A DNA stretch of 64,000 nt. Origin: a virus. The position numbers and the translations under genes were made by a program. The stretch is taken from the IMG/VR virus record IMGVR_UViG_3300032893_000005, positions 1-64,000 of that record. The stretch is one strand, 5' to 3'. Positions 8,225 to 17,063 of this stretch are shown here, piece by piece. The notes beneath the pieces were generated by a model that was not told the DNA's origin, ran no database searches, and saw only the letters and a list, made by a program, of their open reading frames with translations. Numbering within the stretch: the first letter of the stretch is position 1; every line of letters starts with the position of its first letter.

Positions 8225-9133
8225 TTAGATGTTCGACATCAAGATCTTAACAGAGAAAAACGCCCTGATCAGGTCCTTGAGCTTCTCAGCCTTCTCTTCG
8301 AGTTCCTGATAACGCAGCGCATAAATCTGGTTACCGGGACCGGAGATCGACTGCGACGCGCCGTCGAGTCCTATGGACTGAGAGTTGTACTTGTTCAGAG
8401 GTGCCAGCATCGACAGAACTTCCATCGCGGCGTACGTTCCAATCAGGTCGTTTACCACTGAAGGTACTGAGTTTTCTTGAAAACCCGACGAGTACTTAAT
8501 ATACCAAAATCCAGGAACGTACTGTAACTTAGTGAAAACACTAAACAAAGCCGCAGCAGCACCACCGTACGAACCACCGGGGATCGTGCCGTTGATCGCG
8601 GACTGAAGTGGAACGAAGTCGAGGATGCCCTTGCGAGCCAAGCTCATGTTGACCCAGTCGAGGGTGAAGGTGTAGAGGATCACGCCTTCGCTCGTGGGGT
8701 CGTTCGTAGGATCATCGTAGGGAGCGCTCACGCCGTTCTGAACCGAGTAGGAAGACGACGTTCTGATCGAGATCTCGTGGAGGGTCGTGACGTTGCGGCG
8801 ACCGACCGAGATCTGACCCCAGCCTTGGTCCCACTTCGTCTTGTCCCACATGTCTTTGTAGACGCGGGTGACCGGGAAGACGTCGATGTTGCACTCAAGC
8901 TCGACGCGGGCCGCGCCGTTGTCGATGATCTCCTTCAGAGTCTCGTCGGACAGCGTCTGCTTGGTGAGTGGATGCTTTAGGGGTATGCCGAACAGCCATC
9001 GGGCCTTGAGGCGGTCGACGTCGAGGTACTTTTCGACGCGGGTGAAGCCCGCAGCTCCCTTGCCGTTGACCGTCTGCACGTTCTGTGGGTACGTGCCTGA
9101 TATGTTTGGCTTGAAGTTTGACTGATCGCTCAT
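8225..9133 (-). CDS. Putative head-tail adaptor/neck protein
   Basis: 302 aa; Y.SGF...P..V.DLI..YAA and SIGLDG.SQS motifs resembling Twort/SPO1-like neck proteins; downstream of capsid module. Confidence 0.6.
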   Translation of the reverse strand: MSDQSNFKPNISGTYPQNVQTVNGKGAAGFTRVEKYLDVDRLKARWLFGIPLKHPLTKQTLSDETLKEIIDNGAARVELECNIDVFPVTRVYKDMWDKTKWDQGWGQISVGRRNVTTLHEISIRTSSSYSVQNGVSAPYDDPTNDPTSEGVILYTFTLDWVNMSLARKGILDFVPLQSAINGTIPGGSYGGAAAALFSVFTKLQYVPGFWYIKYSSGFQENSVPSVVNDLIGTYAAMEVLSMLAPLNKYNSQSIGLDGASQSISGPGNQIYALRYQELEEKAEKLKDLIRAFFSVKILMSNI

Positions 9134-9140
9134 GTTCTAC

Positions 9141-9548
9141 CTAACACTGAAAGGGTGACTGAGGAGCGACGTTCACGACGTTGCGTGCGATCGCCTGCAT
9201 GACGCTTGCGCCCTGAACGAGCTTGATGCCAAGGTTCACACCTGCCATCTTCATGGTATCGGCAGAGGTAAGGCTCACAGACCAGATCGACGGGTCGCCC
9301 GCGATCGGCTGCGATCCGACCTTCGAGAAGGCGTTGGCGTCGTTGTTCGAGAAGAAGTTGACGGTGAGGGCCGCGCCAGCGGCGGGCATGTAGCGGGAGT
9401 AGACGTTTGCGGGGCCGAGCGGCTGATCGAGGTCGACGAGCTGCATCCAGATCTGGCCGGTGTCGCCCGCGAAGAACGCAGCCTGGTTGAGGTACTTGAG
9501 CTGGTTCAGAGTAGAGTTTGGGTCGAGGATTGCGATGCCTAGTCTCAT
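9141..9548 (-). CDS. Putative virion structural protein
   Basis: 135-aa beta-rich ORF in a late operon. Confidence 0.5.
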   Translation of the reverse strand: MRLGIAILDPNSTLNQLKYLNQAAFFAGDTGQIWMQLVDLDQPLGPANVYSRYMPAAGAALTVNFFSNNDANAFSKVGSQPIAGDPSIWSVSLTSADTMKMAGVNLGIKLVQGASVMQAIARNVVNVAPQSPFQC

Positions 9549-9890
9549 TTAAATCTTCCCCATCAGCATTCTTACGAGCTGTGCGATGTAGTACATCGCT
9601 GCGGGAAACGCGACGAGCGCGATCATGATCTTACCGAGGAAGTTGACGTTGTTGACGTGCTTCTGAATCGGCGCGATCTTCCCTTCCAGCTCTTGCTTGA
9701 TCAACTCGTTCTGCTCTCGCGCTAGCCGCACTGACTCCATGTGCTGCCTTAAGTTCTCTTCCTGGACGGCCAGGATCTTGTTTACCGACTTCATCTCACC
9801 CTTCAGTTCACTCACGTCAGCCCCTATGAGGCCTACCTTGGTGTCTAGGGAGGCAATCTGGGCGATTGTCTTGGAGTCTCTTGGAGGCAT
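9549..9890 (-). CDS. Coiled-coil protein with C-terminal TM helix (possible holin-like)
   Basis: Heptad N-terminus, hydrophobic FLGKIMIALVAFPAAMYYIA; follows the late motif. Confidence 0.5.
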   Translation of the reverse strand: MPPRDSKTIAQIASLDTKVGLIGADVSELKGEMKSVNKILAVQEENLRQHMESVRLAREQNELIKQELEGKIAPIQKHVNNVNFLGKIMIALVAFPAAMYYIAQLVRMLMGKI

Positions 9891-9947
9891 TGCGTTATCC
9901 TGGAAAGGTCGTTAAAGGCGAAAGAATGGCGCTGTGCACGATTGAGG

Positions 9948-9966
9948 ATTAAGATCTTGAGCTAAA
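9948..9966 (-). promoter_or_regulatory. Putative late promoter
   Basis: Minus strand TTTAgctcaagATCTTAAT. Confidence 0.65.
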
Positions 9967-10312
9967 CCCTTAAAACGACTCGCAATAAGCGACAAAGTCC
10001 AGGTCAAAGAGGTGCCAGTGCTTCTGCACCAGTCGCGCTGCCTCGCGCTCAGAGCCCAGGTCCAGTAATGACCTCATCCGCTTAAGACGGTTCCGGTAAG
10101 TTGTGAACTTACTGATTTTATTGACGATTTTGGGAAACTGTCGCATTGTCCATCTTGTCTCCCTCCAAGTTGTGGTCAAGTATAAGTACGCCCTACTCGT
10201 TCAAGGTAGGTATTTGCTGCACGGCGGCTCGTTTCTGCAGCCTCGCTGTACCGTTCCTGCGGAGACCCCTAACTTGATCTCACCACGCACTCATACAGAC
10301 CTAGGTCAGTAT

Positions 10313-10771
10313 CTACCGGCCCGGCGGAGGTGTCAAGCCTACTCTTGAATCAAACCCATTCATGTAGTAGCCGTACATGAAAGCCTTGGACTGCGCGTCA
10401 CCGTTGTAGTACCCGCTGAATTTCACTCCAGGGAACCACGTCGCACAGAGCTTCTTTGCTACCTTGTCTGTGTACGCCTCTGCGCGGTAAGCGTAGGCGA
10501 TCCTCCACTCCAGCGACATCTTTTCGACCTTACTCCAGGCCCTTGAGTTCGGCCCGGCGTGATAGATGGGGTACTTTCCGTCTATCTGGTTGACGTGATG
10601 GCCGAGTTCGTGGCAGAAGGTTGAGATGAAGTAGGCCTTAGACCCGCCAGTTCCCACTCGGATGCGCCCGTCGAGTTCGGCGGTCCCTGTCATACCCTCT
10701 TCAAAGATTACGCGAGCGCCGTACAGCTTCGCGATGGAGACCATGTAGTTCTTGAGCTTCCTGTGCGTCAT
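10313..10771 (-). CDS. HExxH zinc metallopeptidase-like protein (ImmA/IrrE-like), probably leaderless
   Basis: FCHELGHH...E..TD. Start moved to ATG 10771 because a -10 box lies 7 nt upstream and the longer ORF overlaps a promoter and ncRNA. Confidence 0.7.
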   Translation of the reverse strand: MTHRKLKNYMVSIAKLYGARVIFEEGMTGTAELDGRIRVGTGGSKAYFISTFCHELGHHVNQIDGKYPIYHAGPNSRAWSKVEKMSLEWRIAYAYRAEAYTDKVAKKLCATWFPGVKFSGYYNGDAQSKAFMYGYYMNGFDSRVGLTPPPGR

Positions 10772-10778
10772 CTGTCTC

Positions 10779-10832
10779 AGGATAGCACAATACGTCAAAA
10801 ATTTGCAATACCTTACCGCGTTGTGATATATT
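10779..10832. promoter_or_regulatory. Bidirectional sigma70-type promoter sharing one palindromic -35 (TTGCAA 10803-10808)
   Basis: Plus: TTGCAA-N18-TATATT; minus: TTGCAA-N18-TATCCT; both have an extended TGn. Confidence 0.65.
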
Positions 10833-10840
10833 CTGGCTGT

Positions 10841-10960
10841 GCCTCTGAGACCTTTACTAGGCTGGTAGTAGGGCCTAGCTTGGATGAACGACTGCAGTCG
10901 GGCATTCATTACGTGGCAGGCCAGCCGCGTTGGATGCGGGTTCGACTCCCGCCAGGGGCG
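10841..10960 (+). ncRNA. tRNA-like ~120-nt structured RNA (non-canonical)
   Basis: 7-bp acceptor GCCTCTG/CAGGGGC, canonical T-arm GCGGG-TTCGACT-CCCGC, 7-bp variable-type arm, extra arms; begins at the predicted TSS; no encoded CCA. Confidence 0.6.
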
Positions 10961-10980
10961 GCCTTTTCAATGGAGGAAGT

Positions 10981-11244
10981 ATGGACCTAAAGACAGCGTT
11001 CTTCGTACTCATGATCGCACTTGCCTACGCGCACCTCGCCTTCGCGGACGCCAACGACTACACCGTCGACTTTCCTACCAGTGACGCCAACCATAAAGAG
11101 TCTGTCTTGATCATCTGCAACATGAAGACGAACGTCTGCACGAAGGAAGTTTACAAGAACGACGAACTCGTGCATAAGACGTATGACAAGACCAAGGCCA
11201 CTAAAGCGCTGGAGAGGATTGAAGATGTACAGAACAATGAGTGA
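10981..11244 (+). CDS. Small secreted/membrane protein
   Basis: GGAGG SD, ATG 10981; signal peptide ending AFA. Confidence 0.65.
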   Translation: MDLKTAFFVLMIALAYAHLAFADANDYTVDFPTSDANHKESVLIICNMKTNVCTKEVYKNDELVHKTYDKTKATKALERIEDVQNNE

Positions 11245-11467
11245 GAGTAAGGCTCTAGGAGAGGTGTCTGCCAAGGTCAGAAACCTGATCTTGGAGTTAC
11301 CGGAGCCGAGCATGATGTCCAAGGAGGAAGAAGGGTACTTGAAGCAGGCCGTGACCGGCGTGCTGGCAGTCCTTGAGTCGCGCGGGACAATCCGCCGTGG
11401 CTTTGAGTTCAACATCAACTTCGTCCATATGGGCGTCGACTTCACACATCCCGATGATAGAGCCTAA
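11237..11467 (+). CDS. Hypothetical protein
   Basis: Coupled ORF MSESKALG... Confidence 0.55.
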   Translation: MSESKALGEVSAKVRNLILELPEPSMMSKEEEGYLKQAVTGVLAVLESRGTIRRGFEFNINFVHMGVDFTHPDDRA

Positions 11468-13589
11468 CTGGAAGTTCGCCAAGAATGGGACGAAGTACTG
11501 GACGTGGCTCGTCGCCCAAGACGATCCGAACATGACTTACCAGGTCACCAGGCTCTCGTTCTTCAAGACCGCAAACAAGGTAACGCTTCGCGCCAAGGTA
11601 GCGTCTCACAAGTACGTGTCGTCTCGAGTAAAGGAGACCAAGACTCGCGAGATGAACATCATGTCGTTCTACCTTCGCAAGGGTAAGACGCTCGAGGTCT
11701 ACCGCCGGAAGAACATAGGCTTCCCGCACATCTTGTCCGAGAAGAAGATGAAGTTCAACAACATCTCGAACGAGCTTCAGTCGCACATAGGCCAGATCGC
11801 CAGCCTCGTCAAGTACTCGGGCAAGATCAACAAGATGTTCCATACGCACAAGGTGACTGACTATGCACTTCAGATCTGGTTCTGCCGCTACCTCGAGGCC
11901 GCGCTCAAGGACCTGATGAAGGACAACGGCATCGAGTACAATGTTCCGGATGAAGACTACGACCCGCACCTTCGCTTCGCAGCCAGCATCATCGAGTACC
12001 GCTACCCGATCATCAAGACGCTCAGGCAGGACTGGATCAAGTATCACAGGTCACAGATAGTACCAGGGATCATAGATAAAGCGACGTCGGTAAACAGGGA
12101 GACTGGCCTTGGCAATCCAGAAGTCAAGAAGATCATCCCGTCGTACCGCTTCCACCTAGGACACATAAGACCGATCGTGCTGAAGGAGCTTGCGAAGTGC
12201 AAGGACATCAAGGATGTCGTACGCCGGTTCACAGGGAACGAGGGAAAGCTCTCAACCAAGTCTGTCTTTCAGTGCTTCTACGCCACGATGCACGACTTCT
12301 ACAGCGAAGACCAGTACCGGTCGAACAACCTGTCGGGCAAAGTTCGCGCTCACGAAGTTAGGGAGAAGTACTCAGGAAACGTCTACATGACGATCACCGG
12401 CGGCATCGACGTCAACCTCCTCCTCATGGCGCTCTCGCTCAAGGGCATCCTAACGACCGATCACATGAACAACGTGCTAGGTAACTACCTCTTATCGAAG
12501 CAGTCTGCAGGCTTCCGAGGGTCGAGCAGCTTCTCGAGCGGGATCTACTCACTGCTGGTGGACGCTGCGAAGGACAACCTGTACGACCCGCGTGACGTCG
12601 CCTACAAGTACGCGTTCGAGAACGACCGATCGTGCATAGTTGCGTGGAGGAAATCCCTCAAGAAGTTCCGTAAGGACGACAAGATCGTCATGACCAGGGT
12701 GCGGGAGTTCATAAAGCTGCTTGGTAACTCAAAGAAGATAGCTGACCTCGTCAACGATGACAGCCTCTCGTTCTTCAACGACACGTTCAAGCAATGGTGG
12801 GTCGCAAACGGCAAGATCGCGATGCCGGACAAGATCAAGAGCCTTCGCGAACTGCATGACTACATTGCAAAGGAGTACAGGAAGCTCACGTCGAAGGACT
12901 TCGACCTCGGCCTGATGGAAGTCGACTGGGTGAAGCCCCTGCACGGACTTGAGTTCTCAGACATCAGGACCAAGCGCCACTACATGATCCAGATTCCTCA
13001 GTCGAACTTCGACATCGTCGAGTGGGGCCAGCAGATGAACAACTGCATCGGCGGTTACGGTACCCGCGTCCGCGATGGTAATGGGAAGCAAGTCCTACTT
13101 GCCGTCTGGGTCGCCGGTAAGATGAAGTACAACCTCGAGATCTACGACAAGCAGGTGAAGCAGTTCTACGGCAAGGGGAACTCGACAGCCGACAGGGACG
13201 ACAAGGAAGTCTTCATGGCTTCGTTCAAGTTCCTGAAGGACTACGACGGTATGTTCCGGTACGAGATCCAGGCAGTTCAGGAAGACATCGCGCGGGCTCT
13301 TCAGCTCCCGCCAGGTGATCTACTTGCTAACCCTGAGTACGGCATCGCGGCTCAACGACGCGAAGAAGATCACTACCTTGACGCTATGAGATACGCCATG
13401 GCTCAACCGCAGCAGGTCGTGGTGCCTCCGCCTCCAGGCATCGAGGGAGAGCCTGAAGTGGTCAACATCGAATTGCCGCAGGTCGAGCCGGTCAGGTATC
13501 AGCTCTACAGAGCGCGGGCTGGCGGCGATGATAACGGTGTCAGAGTAAACTGGGACTTATGGGAACAAGAACAAGCCGAGGAGGGCTGA
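11454..13589 (+). CDS. PcfJ-domain protein
   Basis: C-terminal ELHD...IP.S..DIVEWGQQMNNCIGGY...LEI...QFYGKGN; likely start ATG 11454. Confidence 0.75.
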   Translation: MIEPNWKFAKNGTKYWTWLVAQDDPNMTYQVTRLSFFKTANKVTLRAKVASHKYVSSRVKETKTREMNIMSFYLRKGKTLEVYRRKNIGFPHILSEKKMKFNNISNELQSHIGQIASLVKYSGKINKMFHTHKVTDYALQIWFCRYLEAALKDLMKDNGIEYNVPDEDYDPHLRFAASIIEYRYPIIKTLRQDWIKYHRSQIVPGIIDKATSVNRETGLGNPEVKKIIPSYRFHLGHIRPIVLKELAKCKDIKDVVRRFTGNEGKLSTKSVFQCFYATMHDFYSEDQYRSNNLSGKVRAHEVREKYSGNVYMTITGGIDVNLLLMALSLKGILTTDHMNNVLGNYLLSKQSAGFRGSSSFSSGIYSLLVDAAKDNLYDPRDVAYKYAFENDRSCIVAWRKSLKKFRKDDKIVMTRVREFIKLLGNSKKIADLVNDDSLSFFNDTFKQWWVANGKIAMPDKIKSLRELHDYIAKEYRKLTSKDFDLGLMEVDWVKPLHGLEFSDIRTKRHYMIQIPQSNFDIVEWGQQMNNCIGGYGTRVRDGNGKQVLLAVWVAGKMKYNLEIYDKQVKQFYGKGNSTADRDDKEVFMASFKFLKDYDGMFRYEIQAVQEDIARALQLPPGDLLANPEYGIAAQRREEDHYLDAMRYAMAQPQQVVVPPPPGIEGEPEVVNIELPQVEPVRYQLYRARAGGDDNGVRVNWDLWEQEQAEEG

Positions 13590-13590
13590 C

Positions 13591-13941
13591 ATGACAGACA
13601 AGGAAAAACTTCTGAACTTGGACAGTACGATCGCGTCACTCAGAGAGATACGGGCTGAGCTGAAGAAGAAGATCGACAAGGCGCCGAAGGATATGATGGA
13701 CGAGCTGGAAGACATCGTAGGTGACTTCCTGAACCGCAACGAGAAGGCGGTCATTACCAGGATCTTCGTCCCAGCACACAAGGCCGAGAAGTGGCTCGTC
13801 GACAGGATCGAAGCAACAAAGAAAGATCCAGAAGCGGGTATGTTCGCCGGACTCACCGGTGTCGTACTTCACAACGGCGGTCAGTTCTACGCAACCACTT
13901 GGGGAGGCGACAGCTACCGGCTCCTCGTCGAGTACCCTTAA
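13591..13941 (+). CDS. Hypothetical protein
   Basis: 116-aa ORF with GGAGG SD. Confidence 0.6.
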   Translation: MTDKEKLLNLDSTIASLREIRAELKKKIDKAPKDMMDELEDIVGDFLNRNEKAVITRIFVPAHKAEKWLVDRIEATKKDPEAGMFAGLTGVVLHNGGQFYATTWGGDSYRLLVEYP

Positions 13942-13973
13942 AAACAAAAAACCCAGGCTTGCGGCCTGGGTTC
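13941..13973 (-). terminator. Intrinsic terminator after major capsid gene (possibly bidirectional)
   Basis: AACCCAGGC-ttgcg-GCCTGGGTT hairpin with T-run on the minus strand, between convergent genes. Confidence 0.8.
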
Positions 13974-14002
13974 TGTCAGCGTGAGCTGTTTGAGGGGTAA
14001 CC

Positions 14003-15391
14003 TTACTGAGTAAGGTTGTCGACCAGCATGTTGAAGCGGGGAAGCTTCACGACAGCGGTACAGAACCGGAAGTATGCCTTCGGCATGGTCAAGTCTGTGC
14101 GAGCAAGCTCGTAGGACTTGAAGGGCGAGAGTTCGGAGATCTCCAAACCGCGCATGTCGAGGGCGAAGCCAGTCACGAAGCCGGGGACGCGGTTGTTGAG
14201 GTCGTTGAAGACCACAGCCGAGGAGCCCATAGCTTTTACGCGACCGATGTACTGGGTAGCGGTTCCGTTGGCCAGCGAGCGGTACACGTTGTAGTACAAC
14301 ACGCGGGGACCAGCGTTCGGAGTGATGGTCAGGTTGACCTGGTTACCGGTAGCGGCGATCGTAGCAGCGGGCGACAACGAGGCAGCGGGCGACTCACCGA
14401 CTTCGTTTACTGCAGTAGCGATGTACTGGTAAACTTCGCCAGCGTTGAAGCTGGTCGAGGCAGCGGCCTGAGCCGAAGCCAAGGAGGGAGCAGCGGGCGA
14501 ACCGACGAGGACGCGGGCCGGAGCGGTCTTACCAGACAAGAACCGGCTGGACTCGAGGCTGATGGCACCGCCAGCAACGAACTGTTCTTTGAGAGTCGCG
14601 CCAGTGGCGTGCTGGGGAGAACCAGCCAAGAAGATGCGTTCCTTGTTGAACGCGATCTTGTTGTAAGCCGAGAGAGTCAAGGGGTCCAGGTAGATCTTCT
14701 CAGGAGCACCGTGGTTCATCTGCGTACGAGCGTACACATCTTCGATCGTGGTCTGAGTGAGCTGACCGTTCTGGTTCAACTGAACCGACTGGTTGGCACC
14801 GTACTCAGAGAACATCAAGTCCTTAGCGCTGTCGAGGTAGTCGCCGATGCGGATCTGGGGGTCCAGACCTTGCATGCCGGGTTCTTGCTCGGCCATCGCC
14901 AACGGGTTACCGTCGAAGGCACCGCTGTCGGAGTAAGCGGACTTACCACGGAACAGGTGGAACTCGATGTCACCGGCGATCTTTAAGGCTGCGTCAGCGT
15001 CAGCGCGATCTTCCGAGTTCACACCGTCAAAGGTCTGAACCAGAGTCGACTGGAGAGTAACCCGACGGATGTGGACGTAGTAGGCCATCGGAACCACTGC
15101 ACGAATGTACGTGCTGGTATGTTCTTGACCGACTGCACCTTCGTTAACGGCTGATCCGCCGAAAACACCGTAGTCGAGTTGACGGTTGAACTGAACAAGC
15201 GTCCCTTTAGCGGGAGTGGATTTGAAAATCCGTTGCAGCTTGATCATCTGATCTGTGAACGTAGCCACGTTCATGACCGGACTGAGGTCCTCCATCTGGA
15301 GGGCTGAACCTTGGGTGAGAGACGACGGTTGAGCATTATACCCACCGGCTTCAATCGTCTTTCTTAGTTCTTCAACTTGTTGTTGCAACAC
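14003..15391 (-). CDS. Major capsid protein (Twort/SPO1-like, with Ig/FN3-like insertion)
   Basis: N-terminal ELRK/TIEAGG...GSALQMEDL; IEFHLFRG; inserted YQYIATAVNEVGES..YNVYRS; downstream of scaffold; strong SD with GTG start. Confidence 0.9.
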   Translation of the reverse strand: MLQQQVEELRKTIEAGGYNAQPSSLTQGSALQMEDLSPVMNVATFTDQMIKLQRIFKSTPAKGTLVQFNRQLDYGVFGGSAVNEGAVGQEHTSTYIRAVVPMAYYVHIRRVTLQSTLVQTFDGVNSEDRADADAALKIAGDIEFHLFRGKSAYSDSGAFDGNPLAMAEQEPGMQGLDPQIRIGDYLDSAKDLMFSEYGANQSVQLNQNGQLTQTTIEDVYARTQMNHGAPEKIYLDPLTLSAYNKIAFNKERIFLAGSPQHATGATLKEQFVAGGAISLESSRFLSGKTAPARVLVGSPAAPSLASAQAAASTSFNAGEVYQYIATAVNEVGESPAASLSPAATIAATGNQVNLTITPNAGPRVLYYNVYRSLANGTATQYIGRVKAMGSSAVVFNDLNNRVPGFVTGFALDMRGLEISELSPFKSYELARTDLTMPKAYFRFCTAVVKLPRFNMLVDNLTQ

Positions 15392-15408
15392 GTTTTTCTC
15401 CTTTTACC

Positions 15409-16434
15409 TTACTGAATCACTTTTAACAGTTCGGGTGAACGCTTTCCTGTGGCATAGAAGTCCAGGATTGCGTCATGTTCTTTCTTCGAGAAGGTAGCGA
15501 GCTTCTTGTTGTCAGAAGTCACATCCTTCAGCTTCTTCGTGATGTCCTCTTTGGACATCTTCTCGACTTCGGCCTTCTTCAAGGCCTCTTCGCCGCGATC
15601 AACGAACTGTACGTCAGTGATGCTGTTGGCAGCACGAACCTTCGGACGGTTGATCATGTGCGAGACGATGGCGGTCATGTCACCGAGAGCCTTCTTCAGC
15701 TCTTCGTTTTCCTTCTCGGCCTTCGTCATGCGCTCTTCAGCTTTAGCGAGCTTCTCGCCAACTTCCTTCTCAGCCATAGCCATTGCCATAGCGGGAGCAG
15801 GAGCTTGGGCGGGAGCGCCGGGAGCAGCGGGCGAACCTTGAGGAGCAGCGGCAGAACCCGAGGCAGAAGCCATGCGGGCTTCCATCTCAGCCTTCACCTT
15901 CTGGCTCAGCTCTTGAAGCATGTCGTCGTCCAACTGTTGAAGTTGGCTTTCGATGCTTTCCAGCTCAGCACCGGCGGCGGGAGCCGACTCGGACGGAGCG
16001 GGAGCAGATGCAGAGGGGTCGGCAGCGGGGCTCGAAGCAGAAGCCGAAGCTTCGGGAGCTTGCGACTCGTATCCAGAACCTGAAGAAGACTCGTCGTCTT
16101 TCTTCATGCTGGCCGAGCTGGACGAGCTTGAGGACTCTTCACGCTTGGCAACACTGGAACTCGAGCTGGACGAAGAAGACTCTTCACCCTTCTCAACAGA
16201 CTTGCCCTTGGCGTTGCCGGGGCTGTCAGAGTTCAGTTCTTTGCCAGGACGCGATTCAGAGATCGGTTTGGTCTTGTTCGAGGGCTGCGCAGAGTCTGCG
16301 TTCAGCTCCTTGCCAGGACGCGAGAGATCTGCTTTGTTCAGATCTGTGCCTTCCGGCTGAGTTTTCAGAAGTTTCTGGACTTCAGTACTAACTTCAGCGA
16401 GAAGAGCTTTAATGTCGACGTTTTCAACTGACAT
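15409..16434 (-). CDS. Capsid scaffolding protein
   Basis: Low-complexity Ser/Ala/Pro plus coiled coil, many LxK-A/T sites, immediately upstream of MCP. Confidence 0.75.
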   Translation of the reverse strand: MSVENVDIKALLAEVSTEVQKLLKTQPEGTDLNKADLSRPGKELNADSAQPSNKTKPISESRPGKELNSDSPGNAKGKSVEKGEESSSSSSSSSVAKREESSSSSSSASMKKDDESSSGSGYESQAPEASASASSPAADPSASAPAPSESAPAAGAELESIESQLQQLDDDMLQELSQKVKAEMEARMASASGSAAAPQGSPAAPGAPAQAPAPAMAMAMAEKEVGEKLAKAEERMTKAEKENEELKKALGDMTAIVSHMINRPKVRAANSITDVQFVDRGEEALKKAEVEKMSKEDITKKLKDVTSDNKKLATFSKKEHDAILDFYATGKRSPELLKVIQ

Positions 16435-16466
16435 GTTTCTCTTCCTTTCTTAAGGAGAAGTTAGGC

Positions 16467-16943
16467 TTACTGACCAGACAACGGCCACTGGATGTCGGGG
16501 CGGATCGTAGTAGCGAGCGAAGCAGAACCACCGACGGTGCCGTCAGAGTTCAACTGGCTCAAGGCCGGAGCGGTACCGTTCGGCAGAATCCAGCGCTCTT
16601 GCAACAGAGACATGCGGGAAACTTCGTTGTTCACGAACGATGCGTACTTCACGTCGACGATCGATGCGTTGGCATCGGCAGCAGCAGCTTCTTCCAAGAC
16701 TTGACACTTCAGGGGAGCCCAGATAGCTTGTGAGTTACCGACGCTGTCGGTGAAGTCAGAAGCGATCTTCAGGATCTTGACTGCCATAGCTTGATGCGAA
16801 GAGCCGAAGCTCACCAGCAAGCTGGCGCCAGAAGCATCATACTGAACAGAGATGGTCGCCGAAGGAATGAAGAGAGCGAGGCGCTCTTTCAGCTTCAACA
16901 GAAGCGTTGATTCTTTCGCGATTGATTGAGAGTTACTAGCCAT
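16467..16943 (-). CDS. Putative head structural/decoration protein
   Basis: First gene of the capsid operon after the late motif. Confidence 0.5.
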   Translation of the reverse strand: MASNSQSIAKESTLLLKLKERLALFIPSATISVQYDASGASLLVSFGSSHQAMAVKILKIASDFTDSVGNSQAIWAPLKCQVLEEAAAADANASIVDVKYASFVNNEVSRMSLLQERWILPNGTAPALSQLNSDGTVGGSASLATTIRPDIQWPLSGQ

Positions 16944-16994
16944 TTGCGATCTCCCTTAAGGTTCACTTTGGACGCATTGCGTGACTGCTATATA

Positions 16995-17013
16995 CTCAAG
17001 ATTTGGACGTAAA
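16995..17013 (-). promoter_or_regulatory. Putative late promoter (variant) for capsid operon
   Basis: TTTAcgtccaaATCTTGAG followed by ATAGCAGTCA, which is shared with the 24539 copy. Confidence 0.55.
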
Positions 17014-17063
17014 TCTACGAGAACACTGCGTTAAATGACGCGACTTGCTAAAAAACGACCAGG

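Noticed and set aside
10930-10963. tmRNA 3' end or attP-type tRNA fragment
   Set aside because: The T-arm resembles tmRNA, but there is no GGGGC 5' end, G3:U70 pair, CCA or tag frame. A matching 5' acceptor strand exists 110 nt upstream, and no integrase is in the window.
10772-10980. ORF-track N-terminal extensions of 10313..10909 and 10930..11244
   Set aside because: They overlap the promoter pair and ncRNA; better starts are ATG 10771 and ATG 10981.
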